DNA of 64,000 bases, taken from the sequence record OZ346164.1. One strand, given 5' to 3'. Under the pieces are notes generated by a model. That model ran no database searches. It had not been told where the DNA came from and saw nothing but the letters and a program-made list of their open reading frames with translations. Origin of the DNA: a phage. The translations under genes were made by a program, and so were the position numbers. This document shows positions 1-9,326 of this stretch, piece by piece (position 1 is the first letter of the stretch; the number at the start of each line of letters is the position of its first letter).

Positions 1-1224
1 CAGCAGAATATTCAATCTGATGGTGAAGCATTAAGAATCTACAGCAAGGCTCAGAATAATTCTTCTTACATTGTTGGTAAGAATACTGATAACACAAATA
101 AGTGGTTTATCGGTTGTGGTACTAATGGTTCTGGTACGGCATCATTCCATAACTACTTGACTGGTGCAAGAATTGATTTAGCTGACGAAATTCTTCTGTC
201 TAAATCTCTACAGATTACTGGACAGGTAAAACCTTCTGATTGGGGTAACTTGGATGCAAGGTACTTCACGCAGACAGCAGCTAACTCAAGATTCATGTTG
301 GCATCAAATACTGGTCAGTACACTGCTACAGACTGGAATGCTGTCCCTTGGGATGCTAAAACAGGGCTGTACAACATCATGAATGGTGGTGGTTCGCAGA
401 TGATTTTCCACATGTATCAAGCAGTTGGTTCATGTCGTTCTGCACAACTACGTTTTAACTACAAAAATGGTGGAATGTTTTACAGGTCGTCAAGGGATGG
501 TTTTGGTTTTGAAGCAGATTGGTCTAAGATTTATACAGAAGCACAGAAACCAACCCCTTCAGAGCTTGGTGCATACACTAAAGCTGAAACTGACCAGAAG
601 ATTGCACAGGCAGTAAGTGACTCTACAGACCTTAACAAAATCTATCCAGTGGGTATTGTGACGTGGTTTAACAGTAATGTTAACCCTAATACAGCACTGC
701 CTGGTCTAACTTGGACGTATCTGAACAATGGTGTTGGTAGAACTATCAGAATTGCAGCAGCAAACGGTTCAGATGTTGCTACAACTGGTGGTTCAGACTC
801 TGTGACGTTAGCTGTTGGGAACTTGCCTTCACACACTCACAGTTTTTCTGCGACTACCTCATCGTTTGACTACGGAACAAAAAACACTAACACGACTGGT
901 GCTCACACACACTCTGTAAGTGGCTCTACTTCATCTGCTGGTAACCACAACCATTCCATTTCGTGGATTGGTCAGAACTCTACACACTACTCTGGTGGTG
1001 GTGGTGGTAAAATCGGTACAGGTCCGGGTTACACTGATGCTGCTGGTGCGCACACCCACTCTGTAAGTGGTACTGCTGGTTCTGCTGGTAACCACGCTCA
1101 CAGTGTTGGTATTGGTGCTCACAGTCATACAGTTAGTGGTAACACTGGTGGTACAGGTTCTGGTTCCGCATTTAGTGTTACTAACCAGTTCTATAAGTTA
1201 ATGGCTTGGGTAAGAACTGCTTAA
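1..1224 (+). CDS. tail fiber protein, C-terminal part (5' end lies outside window)
   Basis: Reading frame open from nt 1; Gly/Ser/Thr-rich with repeated His boxes ([27 protein letters not shown]) as in T4-type distal tail fibers. Confidence 0.6.
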   Translation, partial: QQNIQSDGEALRIYSKAQNNSSYIVGKNTDNTNKWFIGCGTNGSGTASFHNYLTGARIDLADEILLSKSLQITGQVKPSDWGNLDARYFTQTAANSRFMLASNTGQYTATDWNAVPWDAKTGLYNIMNGGGSQMIFHMYQAVGSCRSAQLRFNYKNGGMFYRSSRDGFGFEADWSKIYTEAQKPTPSELGAYTKAETDQKIAQAVSDSTDLNKIYPVGIVTWFNSNVNPNTALPGLTWTYLNNGVGRTIRIAAANGSDVATTGGSDSVTLAVGNLPSHTHSFSATTSSFDYGTKNTNTTGAHTHSVSGSTSSAGNHNHSISWIGQNSTHYSGGGGGKIGTGPGYTDAAGAHTHSVSGTAGSAGNHAHSVGIGAHSHTVSGNTGGTGSGSAFSVTNQFYKLMAWVRTA

Positions 1225-1303
1225 TCCCTTGTTGACTGATTGTTAAGATGGTGTTAATATTCTTTATGGGTATTCTCACCATCTTGGCTGATGAGGTGAT
1301 TAA

Positions 1304-1501
1304 ATGCCTACAATCCTAGCAATTCTTCTAAAAAATCTAGGTAGCTTCTTCTGGAAACTCATTTTATCCCTTCTAAGTGAATACATGATTGAGAAAGTGT
1401 TCTTTAAGCTTGCAAGATACCTTGCGAGTAAAACAGACACACCTATTGATGATGAGTTCGTAGATAACTTAGAAAAAGCTTTTAAGGGGGAGAATAAATG
1501 A
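1304..1501 (+). CDS. small hydrophobic protein
   Basis: 65 aa ORF with hydrophobic N-terminus, directly after tail fiber gene. Confidence 0.3.
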   Translation: MPTILAILLKNLGSFFWKLILSLLSEYMIEKVFFKLARYLASKTDTPIDDEFVDNLEKAFKGENK

Positions 1502-1869
1502 AGTGGCTAGAGGAAGCTTTTAAAAACAATATTGGTGCAATTGTTGTTGGTATTTTTAGTGTTATTGGGATGTATACCACTATGCAAGTTTCAAGTGGTA
1601 AGCAAGAAGTGTCTGTCACAACAAAGTTACAGCAGCTAGATAATTATTCCAAAAGTAACTATTCAGCTATTCGTGATTTACAGTCTGACATGAGACTGAT
1701 TCAGCTAGGGATGGAGAACCAGAAAGTTCAGTTAGAGAATGTTAAGGGTGAAAACGCAAAACTCACCAAAACTCTTGATAAATTCTCTGACAGTGTGAAC
1801 AATCTGGCTCAATCAGTATCAGCCCTCCAAGCTATTACTGAAAAGAACACAAAGAATACTGAAAAATAA
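1498..1869 (+). CDS. membrane-anchored coiled-coil protein
   Basis: One N-terminal TM segment then heptad-like helical region; followed by terminator. Confidence 0.35.
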   Translation: MKWLEEAFKNNIGAIVVGIFSVIGMYTTMQVSSGKQEVSVTTKLQQLDNYSKSNYSAIRDLQSDMRLIQLGMENQKVQLENVKGENAKLTKTLDKFSDSVNNLAQSVSALQAITEKNTKNTEK

Positions 1870-1876
1870 AGTTTAA

Positions 1877-1905
1877 GGCTCCTTTTTACGGGAGCCTTTT
1901 TTGTT
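1877..1905. terminator. bidirectional rho-independent terminator
   Basis: GGCTCC...GGAGCC hairpin followed by T-run, between convergent genes. Confidence 0.6.
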
Positions 1906-2805
1906 TTACTTACCTACTGACAAAGGTGCTTCAATCTTTCCTGCATGTTGGTAGTTGCTAATACCACCAATAAAATCACTTGCGGTAAGGTGTTTTAGGT
2001 CACTTAGTGTGTTAAGCTGCACACCAATCTCAAAAGTAGGTGCATGGAACTCTTTATTGTTCATCAGTTCATAAACCTGCTTCATATGGTTCTGATAAAT
2101 CTGAGTATCTCCAAAGACACCTATCAAGTATCGTGGAGTATACCCAGTCATCTTGCAAAGAACTTCCAGAATAAAGCCATAGGATGCAATGTTAAACGGA
2201 AGTCCTAAAAAGGTGTCTACAGAACGTTGATACCATTGTAAATCAACTTCACCCTCATTAGTAATGTAAATCTGAAACAGAACATGACAAGGTGCTAAAG
2301 CCATCGAGTTGGCTGCAATATCTGCTGCATTCCAAGCATTAACAAGCATGTAACGGTCTGTGATATCACCTTTCATCTTCGTTACTAAGGTCTCTAACTG
2401 GTCTACAACACAACCATTATGACCTTCAAAGTTTCTCCACTGAACCCCGTAGATTCTTCCACCTGCATCTTCTAACCAGTCTTGCTCAGAGGAATAGCTA
2501 GAGCTTAACCAGCGTTTAAAATCATCTGACCAGATAGTCCAACGTTCCCCATCATTTTCACCCCAAGTACGGTAACGGAGTTCACCAAGTTTATTCTCAC
2601 CGTTCAGGAACCATAAAGCTTCCCCAATAACTTGCCGTGTAAACACCTGTTTAGATGTTAAGAGTGGGAAACCAGTACGCATATCAAAACGAAATTTTGG
2701 TGGAGCAAAAGCAGAGATAACATCTCCAGTTCGTGTAGTACGCAGTTCACCAACTGATAAAACATGGTTCAGGATATTTTTGTAGCTTGTATCTGCTTGT
2801 GACAT
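1906..2805 (-). CDS. thyA: thymidylate synthase
   Basis: Active-site motif ALAPCHVLFQ and LGLPFNIASY conserved in ThyA family. Confidence 0.9.
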   Translation of the reverse strand: MSQADTSYKNILNHVLSVGELRTTRTGDVISAFAPPKFRFDMRTGFPLLTSKQVFTRQVIGEALWFLNGENKLGELRYRTWGENDGERWTIWSDDFKRWLSSSYSSEQDWLEDAGGRIYGVQWRNFEGHNGCVVDQLETLVTKMKGDITDRYMLVNAWNAADIAANSMALAPCHVLFQIYITNEGEVDLQWYQRSVDTFLGLPFNIASYGFILEVLCKMTGYTPRYLIGVFGDTQIYQNHMKQVYELMNNKEFHAPTFEIGVQLNTLSDLKHLTASDFIGGISNYQHAGKIEAPLSVGK

Positions 2806-2806
2806 A

Positions 2807-3352
2807 TTAAAAGTGCCCTTTTACTTGTGGAACATAAATTTCAAAGGTTGCTTTACCATCCTCTGATGGTTTTGACTGTACCTTTGTAAATACACGGTTA
2901 TCATACAGCTTCTCAAAGAAGTTTTCAAAAGGTAAATGCACAGTGGCCTCTTCAGTAACTTTATGGAAAACAGTATGGAACACCACACTAGCATATGGTA
3001 AAGCGTTGACAAGGATACCTGCACCACCAATTACAAAGATATCTTCATCAATAGAGCTATCAAGATACTTCAAAAATGCTCCAAATGACTCTTTACTGGC
3101 TTTAGCATACATTACATCATCTTTGCCAAAGTCTATGCCTAAGTATGGTACAGAATTTGTTAAGATGAGGTTTGCACGTTCTGGTAAAGGTTTACTACCC
3201 AGAGTCTTAAAAGTCTCATTACCCATGACTACTAAGTTATTTTTAGTGAGTCTCTTAAACTCTTGCATGTCCTGTTTATGTCGAGGCCACGGCATACCAG
3301 TCGGTGTACCAAATTCACCGTTTTCACCACTTGCAAATATTAGTTTAATCAT
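2807..3352 (-). CDS. folA: dihydrofolate reductase
   Basis: N-terminal MIKLIFA...GMPWP and VVMGNETFKTL motifs typical of DHFR; adjacent to thyA. Confidence 0.8.
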   Translation of the reverse strand: MIKLIFASGENGEFGTPTGMPWPRHKQDMQEFKRLTKNNLVVMGNETFKTLGSKPLPERANLILTNSVPYLGIDFGKDDVMYAKASKESFGAFLKYLDSSIDEDIFVIGGAGILVNALPYASVVFHTVFHKVTEEATVHLPFENFFEKLYDNRVFTKVQSKPSEDGKATFEIYVPQVKGHF

Positions 3353-3609
3353 TTTGTAAACCCTTTCTTAATGAACCAGTTGATGACACTCTTCACAAAT
3401 TTACTACGATGGTAGATAAAATGTGGAGAGGGTTGGTATGAACCATAAGCCCAGAAAGCGATAATTTCATTACACCCTGTGCATCGGGTACTTTCTTCAG
3501 CAATATGACCGTTGACTATTTCATTTACCTCACCTTGTAAGTCTGTACACCCACAATGTGGACAACGGATAGGTGTTCCATCAGACTCATAGCAGTGTTC
3601 AATTTTCAT
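3349..3609 (-). CDS. zinc-ribbon protein
   Basis: CPHCGC ... CTGCNE paired Cys motifs. Confidence 0.4.
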   Translation of the reverse strand: MKIEHCYESDGTPIRCPHCGCTDLQGEVNEIVNGHIAEESTRCTGCNEIIAFWAYGSYQPSPHFIYHRSKFVKSVINWFIKKGFTK

Positions 3610-4125
3610 CTATTTAACCTCAAAAACTGGCTCAAGAACCAATATAAAGTCTACACAGTCATCTTCTTCATCCAGAACACCATCAAAGTTCTTAGGAACG
3701 AAGTCGAAGAGGCTCATAACAAAACAGTCAGAAGTGACCCTGATAGTTCCTCCCATGTTCTCTACAGTTAACACTGTACGACTTTCTTTTACCTCCCTCA
3801 GAAGATTACCCACAAAGTCATCCAAGAAGTGCTTCATCAGTGACTTAAAACCTTTAGGGTAATCTGTACCAGAGTATGTTTCAATCTGGGGAACAAGCTT
3901 AACATTTATACTAGTCTTTGTTAAGAATGTATTAGAGAACATACTATCAGGTAACTTACAAACAGTCTTTCCAGTACCTTCATGTTCAATCTCAACAAAA
4001 CCAGCTTCATCGCCACATGTAACTATTTTAAAAGATGCTTCATTCTCATACTGTGAAGCCATAAACTTTTTAAGCATCACTTTAAGGAAGTCTGCATGAG
4101 CATCTTGTAAGAAGATATCAATCAT
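3610..4125 (-). CDS. hypothetical protein
   Basis: 171 aa ORF in minus-strand operon, no recognised motif. Confidence 0.4.
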   Translation of the reverse strand: MIDIFLQDAHADFLKVMLKKFMASQYENEASFKIVTCGDEAGFVEIEHEGTGKTVCKLPDSMFSNTFLTKTSINVKLVPQIETYSGTDYPKGFKSLMKHFLDDFVGNLLREVKESRTVLTVENMGGTIRVTSDCFVMSLFDFVPKNFDGVLDEEDDCVDFILVLEPVFEVK

Positions 4126-4138
4126 AGTTAATCACCTA

Positions 4139-4498
4139 TTATGGGAACAAGCACTTAATGTCATCGTTTTTGAAAACAAAACTTGTGTAGTTATGACCAT
4201 CAACATCCAGCCAAACAGCCTGAACATCTACACCATCAAGATTCTGGTAAAGTTCTTTGATGAAGTGGTCTTTCACAATCTGACTGCTAGTTGTTTCCAG
4301 CTTAATGTTCGAGATTGCTGAACCTACAGCCATATAGCCCATGACACGTTTCTTCTCAGTATGCTTAATCTTACCATCTTTGTAAGCCATAATGAGATTG
4401 GAAAGAATCTTTACACCATAATACTTTTCAAGGTGAGTAGGTACACCATAAAAGCCTAATGCGAAGTTTTCAGAGTGGATAATGTTTTCACGTTTCAT
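4139..4498 (-). CDS. hypothetical protein
   Basis: 119 aa ORF, tight spacing with neighbours. Confidence 0.4.
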   Translation of the reverse strand: MKRENIIHSENFALGFYGVPTHLEKYYGVKILSNLIMAYKDGKIKHTEKKRVMGYMAVGSAISNIKLETTSSQIVKDHFIKELYQNLDGVDVQAVWLDVDGHNYTSFVFKNDDIKCLFP

Positions 4499-4499
4499 A

Positions 4500-4829
4500 T
4501 TAATCTGCCAGCCTTAAATTAAAATTAACACCAAATTTTTCGCATACTTCCAACATATACTCAAGCGAGACATTACCAGTGAGGTGGACTATGTTGGATA
4601 CACGAGCTTGAGAGATACCACAAATTTTAGCAACTTGCTCTTGAGAAAGACCTCTGGATTTAATCTCTCTCTTAAAACGATGTGCAACGAAATCTCTCAT
4701 TTCGTCTACATCCATTGGACAAATATAACTCTCCATTTCAGCCTCTCTGTCAGCCTCCCAATCATCTTGTGGAGCATAAGGGTCAAAAACCTCATTCATC
4801 TTTCTTCTTCCGTTTGCGTGAAGTGTCAA
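4500..4829 (-). CDS. helix-turn-helix DNA-binding protein
   Basis: QEQVAKICGISQARVSNIV resembles XRE-type HTH. Confidence 0.5.
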   Translation of the reverse strand: MTLHANGRRKMNEVFDPYAPQDDWEADREAEMESYICPMDVDEMRDFVAHRFKREIKSRGLSQEQVAKICGISQARVSNIVHLTGNVSLEYMLEVCEKFGVNFNLRLAD

Positions 4830-5004
4830 TCAATGAATCTATGTTTGTAGCCCTAACCTTTTCACGTTCATCATTAAGATAATCGTCAAGAGCCTTTTCA
4901 ATCTGTGAATCATCTTGACAGATAACTGTAAAGACTGTAAAGCCATCTGTATCGTCAATTATCTTGCCATAACCACTTCTGGGATGTAACTTTTTAAGAG
5001 CCAT
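4792..5004 (-). CDS. hypothetical small protein
   Basis: 70 aa ORF overlapping upstream gene end; start uncertain. Confidence 0.25.
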   Translation of the reverse strand: MALKKLHPRSGYGKIIDDTDGFTVFTVICQDDSQIEKALDDYLNDEREKVRATNIDSLIDTSRKRKKKDE

Positions 5005-5005
5005 A

Positions 5006-5389
5006 TCAAATACCTGTGCAGCTTCTGTTTTCTAAGAAATACTCAACACCATACATAGCTTTTTGCATCAAATCCTCTTTAAACTGGATACGATGATTTA
5101 GCATAGCCTGTACATCAATATTATCAGGGTGCTTCTCTTTAATGTTTGCAGATTGCAAGAAATACTCTGCAAGAACACGATACTGATAGTCAGTTACTTT
5201 ATCAGTCATCTCTGTTAAAGACTCTTCAGAGATTGGTTTAAGTAACTCACCATTAGCCAGAGCAACACCTTTAACAATCTGACAAGTATCTTCTGGAACA
5301 CCTGATAAGTCCACATTTGGGAGTTCTGTTGCATTGACTGGTAAATTCATTGCCATAACCATTGCAGCAGCTAATAAAATCTTTTTCAT
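5006..5389 (-). CDS. secreted protein
   Basis: N-terminal signal peptide MKKILLAAAMVMAMNLPVNA. Confidence 0.45.
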   Translation of the reverse strand: MKKILLAAAMVMAMNLPVNATELPNVDLSGVPEDTCQIVKGVALANGELLKPISEESLTEMTDKVTDYQYRVLAEYFLQSANIKEKHPDNIDVQAMLNHRIQFKEDLMQKAMYGVEYFLENRSCTGI

Positions 5390-5822
5390 AATGACCTCAA
5401 AGTTATATTAAATTTTGTATTACATTGAGTATAAAAATAAGCTATAATACCTGACTTGTCAACAGATTTTATAGCTTATTTGGCAGATTTTTTATAAGGC
5501 TACTGCCATCCTTCCATACCAGACCACACCATGCCAAACCAGACTTCACATCACCTTACCGTGCAATACATTACTTAAAAACCCTCTTAAAAGGGTCTTA
5601 AGTGATGCTGGTGAGTACCCGTTGGTTTATGCTGCTCAGTATACTCACCAAATTTTCTATGTCAACAACTTTTTATATAAAAGTCCTGATAGCTATATGT
5701 GTTACAAAACAGAAGATTGTGAACAAGACACCCATTGCAAAGGATGTGTTCAAAAGCTTACTTGTGATGTAAGACAACACAAAGATAACTAATGCAAATA
5801 GTATGATTATGCTTAGCATAGT

Positions 5823-6926
5823 TTACTCATAATCCCTAATAACTAGCCCGACAGGGAACTGTAAAGAACCCTTACGAGTCATCTTCTGGAACTGAACCGT
5901 TAGAGGCTTCCCGATAAACTCTTCAGGATGCTCAGCAAGATACTGTTTCTTCTCATGAGTAGTCTTCCATGAGACATCTACAAAGACGTTAGGAAGAGTC
6001 TCTACAACGAACTTACCATGACCACGTTTATCAGTCTTTACACCAGTAACTTTAAACTCTTCAGTGTGCATCTTCTTGTGCTTAATCAAGAAGTATGAAC
6101 GGTGACCACACTCATAGAAAGATTCTTCAGAGATTGAACGGTACATTGCACCTTCAAACTTAGCTTCAACCCACTTATCATGAGCTTCATCAAATTCTTC
6201 CCAAGAATTTACACGACGAGACTTAACAGGAACAACTTTACAGCCATCTCTAAAGTCATTCAATGGTGAAGTCTCAATAATATCTCTACGCTCAGGCCAC
6301 GTCTTAGTGCTGTCACAGATATCGTACCAGTAAAACTTGAGTAAATGTCGGTCAGGATTGTCTTCATTTTTAATCATGGAGACAATATCTTCTAAGTCCC
6401 ACCCATGAGCATAAATCTCACCATCAAATTCATCAACATCTTTATGGAGCCTCAACATTGCCATAATGTCAGGTATTAGCTCAGTAGGAATTTTATAAAT
6501 AGTGTTCTCACGAGAATATGCTGTAAATACACTGCCAATACTCAAGTGTCTTGAAATTCTACAACGGACACCATCAAGTTTTGGTTGAGCATCAGCAGGG
6601 AACTTCAGATACTTTGCATGGCTAACCTTTGCAGCATCATGAGCAAGCTGTACACCTACCTTCTCAGTATTCTGTGCAGACTCTTTTGTGTAAGCATAAC
6701 CTTTGCGGTCTACTTGCTTTTTATACTTAGCAGCAACTTCAAAGAGAGCTTGCTGTTCAGCATTACGCTCATTCTTTTTACCGATGTTCTTAGGCTCTGC
6801 TGTGTACTCTTCAAACATCATCTTGCCATTTTCTTTACCATAGGTTGTAATAACTTTGTTACCTATAGCACCGCATGACCAGATGTTGAAGGAACCGTCT
6901 TTATTTTGTTTGTATAGTGTTGTCAT
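5823..6926 (-). CDS. ATP-dependent DNA ligase
   Basis: Adenylation motif I KLDGVRC and overall size of T7-type ligases. Confidence 0.8.
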   Translation of the reverse strand: MTTLYKQNKDGSFNIWSCGAIGNKVITTYGKENGKMMFEEYTAEPKNIGKKNERNAEQQALFEVAAKYKKQVDRKGYAYTKESAQNTEKVGVQLAHDAAKVSHAKYLKFPADAQPKLDGVRCRISRHLSIGSVFTAYSRENTIYKIPTELIPDIMAMLRLHKDVDEFDGEIYAHGWDLEDIVSMIKNEDNPDRHLLKFYWYDICDSTKTWPERRDIIETSPLNDFRDGCKVVPVKSRRVNSWEEFDEAHDKWVEAKFEGAMYRSISEESFYECGHRSYFLIKHKKMHTEEFKVTGVKTDKRGHGKFVVETLPNVFVDVSWKTTHEKKQYLAEHPEEFIGKPLTVQFQKMTRKGSLQFPVGLVIRDYE

Positions 6927-7228
6927 TTTCTCTTACCACCAATCTCTACGTCGATAACCTGAACATCACCAGCAACATCAAACTTATGAATGATGCTTTC
7001 CACAGTGTAAGTCCAACCATCAATGCGAACCAACTCACCTTCTCGTGGGACGATTGGATTACGTTGAGCTATGGTTGTAGTGGAGTGAACAACATCATAA
7101 CGATAGATATAGTTTACTAATACTTCCATCGTGAAAACCTCACTCAATAACCGTAGTATGTGATTGACCATTTTTGCCATAGCTATAAGATGTTGTTGTT
7201 TGAGAGTTTGGGCATCTGACAACAACAA
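6923..7228 (-). CDS. hypothetical protein (start uncertain)
   Basis: 101 aa ORF; 5' end overlaps lipoprotein gene so true start probably an internal Met. Confidence 0.3.
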   Translation of the reverse strand: MLLSDAQTLKQQHLIAMAKMVNHILRLLSEVFTMEVLVNYIYRYDVVHSTTTIAQRNPIVPREGELVRIDGWTYTVESIIHKFDVAGDVQVIDVEIGGKRK

Positions 7229-7397
7229 TATCTCTGCTTATAGCATCACCATTGAGTTTGTAGATTTTGCAGTCTTGCATCTCTGGAGGGAGGCTGTAAG
7301 AAGCATCTTTGTTTTCATAAGATGGGTTGCAGCCAGCCAGAAAAATTACTCCAAGTGCAACCATTGCTTTCACACAACTCTTAACCTTATTGTTCAC
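7140..7397 (-). CDS. lipoprotein
   Basis: Signal peptide with lipobox LAGC, small Cys-containing mature part. Confidence 0.5.
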   Translation of the reverse strand: MNNKVKSCVKAMVALGVIFLAGCNPSYENKDASYSLPPEMQDCKIYKLNGDAISRDIVVVRCPNSQTTTSYSYGKNGQSHTTVIE

Positions 7398-7529
7398 GAT
7401 AGTCTACCTCTCTGTATGTTTTTAAATAGTGAGTGATGAGTTCTGGTAATTCACTACGTTTAACGTTTGAACGAAGAAGTGTCCAGTCAAAACCCTTACC
7501 AACCCTTCCCCAGAGACTGTACATTTTCT

Positions 7530-7763
7530 TCATAGCAACTCCAGAATATCAATACGTTCGCCTTTGAGTACTCCAGTACGGTCTTTTGCAATCTTACCGT
7601 CAACGATAAGGATGTGTGTAGACCTTAAAGCGTCGTTGTTAAAGGTTTTTACGAACTTGCTAGGCATGACTACAATGGACATCTCCTGAATTAACTCTGG
7701 AGTGTAGCAGTTATCATGAAGTTGCTGAATAACGTCTGCAAGTGTCATTTTTGATGTCTCCAA
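7530..7763 (-). CDS. hypothetical protein
   Basis: 77 aa ORF. Confidence 0.3.
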   Translation of the reverse strand: METSKMTLADVIQQLHDNCYTPELIQEMSIVVMPSKFVKTFNNDALRSTHILIVDGKIAKDRTGVLKGERIDILELL

Positions 7764-7954
7764 TATTCAATATCTACAAGTTCTTGTGCAATGCTTTTCA
7801 GATTACCTTTCAAGAAAACCTTCTCAGAACCTGAAAGAGATGAATTGTCAATTAACCTGTTCATTCTCTCAAACAACTTCTGCTTACGATTTTTGATAGT
7901 CTCCTTTGAAGCACCTTTCATCATCGCTGCATGGGTTCTTCCACGATGGCTCAT
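7745..7954 (-). CDS. hypothetical basic protein
   Basis: 69 aa ORF, Lys/Arg-rich. Confidence 0.3.
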   Translation of the reverse strand: MSHRGRTHAAMMKGASKETIKNRKQKLFERMNRLIDNSSLSGSEKVFLKGNLKSIAQELVDIEYWRHQK

Positions 7955-8005
7955 AAGCCCTCCTATATAAGATATAGTATAAGGTACTCTTCCATGAGCA
8001 CCTTG

Positions 8006-8539
8006 TCAACTTAGTTTTGCAAACTCTCCGTGGAGTTTAATAGCAGCTTCACAGTAAGCTTTATGGGCTTCTTCAGGTGTGTCATGGTGACCTAAAAACA
8101 TCTTCTTACCTTTATAACTTATCTGTGCGACCCACTTACCAGACTTCTTCTTAAGACTTACACCCTTGTACCCAGATTTATTGGTGACCGGTTTACCTTT
8201 ATTCCAAGCACTTTGAAAATCATCTGCTTCCCTTAAGTTTACAATCCTGTTGTCAAGTGAGTCTCCGTTGATATGGTCAATGATACCTTTTGGCATCTTG
8301 CCATACACGTAAAGCCATGCGAGTCTGTGTGCTTTATGTGCTTTCTTGTCAAAATAGATACTAACCTGTTTATGACCACTTGAATCAGTCTGGATATTAC
8401 CTGCCACCTTTCCTGCATAATTACTGTTAAAAACACTAACAGCTCTTGATTTACCTTCTCTACGAAGCCAAGTAAAGACCCCTGTTTCGGGGTCATAGTG
8501 CAGCAGCTCCTTTAAACGTTTTTGTAAAATTAAATCCAT
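8006..8539 (-). CDS. HNH homing endonuclease with AP2 DNA-binding domain
   Basis: IDHINGDSLDNRIVNLR HNH_3-like motif and SGYKGVS...WVAQI AP2-like motif; paralog of 18378..18893 (shared YDPETGVFTW). Confidence 0.75.
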   Translation of the reverse strand: MDLILQKRLKELLHYDPETGVFTWLRREGKSRAVSVFNSNYAGKVAGNIQTDSSGHKQVSIYFDKKAHKAHRLAWLYVYGKMPKGIIDHINGDSLDNRIVNLREADDFQSAWNKGKPVTNKSGYKGVSLKKKSGKWVAQISYKGKKMFLGHHDTPEEAHKAYCEAAIKLHGEFAKLS

Positions 8540-8542
8540 TAA

Positions 8543-9097
8543 TCAATGTACCTCATACCAGCTCTTACCAACCTTTGCTGTACCAGTTACAAGTGTTTCT
8601 TTCCTCAAACCTAAGTTTTTTGAAGCTTGTCCATACATCCAGTCAGCAATTGCTTTCATATCATGTGTCATACCCTCTGGACATTCCCAACTATTTTCAT
8701 CGTGATATGCCAGAAGTAACCTTGCTCCGATAGCTGGTTTTCGAGCATTCAGTTTTGTCAGGCCATCTTCACAGGCTTTTCTTGCTGCTAGGTTGATGGC
8801 CTCATTCTGAATCTGTGCTTCCGAACTCATCAGGAGGTAGTTCAGTAGTTTATGTGGAGATTTGCACCATATCCATGCTCCAGCGACCCTGATATAACCA
8901 CCTTTAGCAATTGAAGAATTCTTCCCAAAAACCTCTTCCAGAGCCTTTTTAGACGCCTTAAAATCGGCTTCTAAGCTATCAAGTAACTTCTTAATCTTTG
9001 GCAGACGCATATAGTAAGTTTGTTTAGTCAATGCACCTTCTTCCGTAGATGATGCCTTGATAGTTTTTGCAAACTTCTCGTCTCCAGCCCCGAACAA
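8543..9097 (-). CDS. DNA polymerase (family A), exon 2
   Basis: Begins LFGAGDEKF (second half of motif B) and contains LLAYHDENSWE (motif C HDE). Confidence 0.7.
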   Translation of the reverse strand: MFGAGDEKFAKTIKASSTEEGALTKQTYYMRLPKIKKLLDSLEADFKASKKALEEVFGKNSSIAKGGYIRVAGAWIWCKSPHKLLNYLLMSSEAQIQNEAINLAARKACEDGLTKLNARKPAIGARLLLAYHDENSWECPEGMTHDMKAIADWMYGQASKNLGLRKETLVTGTAKVGKSWYEVH

Positions 9098-9326
9098 TAC
9101 ATCTGGTCAATACACTCGCAAGGTGTACCAGTTCTCTTATGAACTTCTCCGCATTTCTACGGAGTGTCGGACTATATCACGTAGCAGTGGTGCTACCGTT
9201 GCACTTGGGATGGTCATTAGCTTACCACCCTACTCTACTCAGTTCATACGTTAAGTATGCTTTTCGATAGTCTCTGAACGTTCCTCTTAAGAGGCTTCGC
9301 TGCTGATTACCATATCTTTACAGACT
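9098..9326 (-). other. group I-like intron in DNA polymerase gene
   Basis: Minus strand carries GTTCAGAGACTA (R-like) and GATATAGTCCG (S-like) core elements; splits motif B; no ORF. Confidence 0.6.

Noticed and set aside
425-1128. Track ORFs 425..616 (+), 642..836 (-) and 931..1128 (-) inside the tail fiber gene
   Set aside because: They lie within or antisense to the long open tail fiber frame and have low-complexity composition; treated as frame artefacts.
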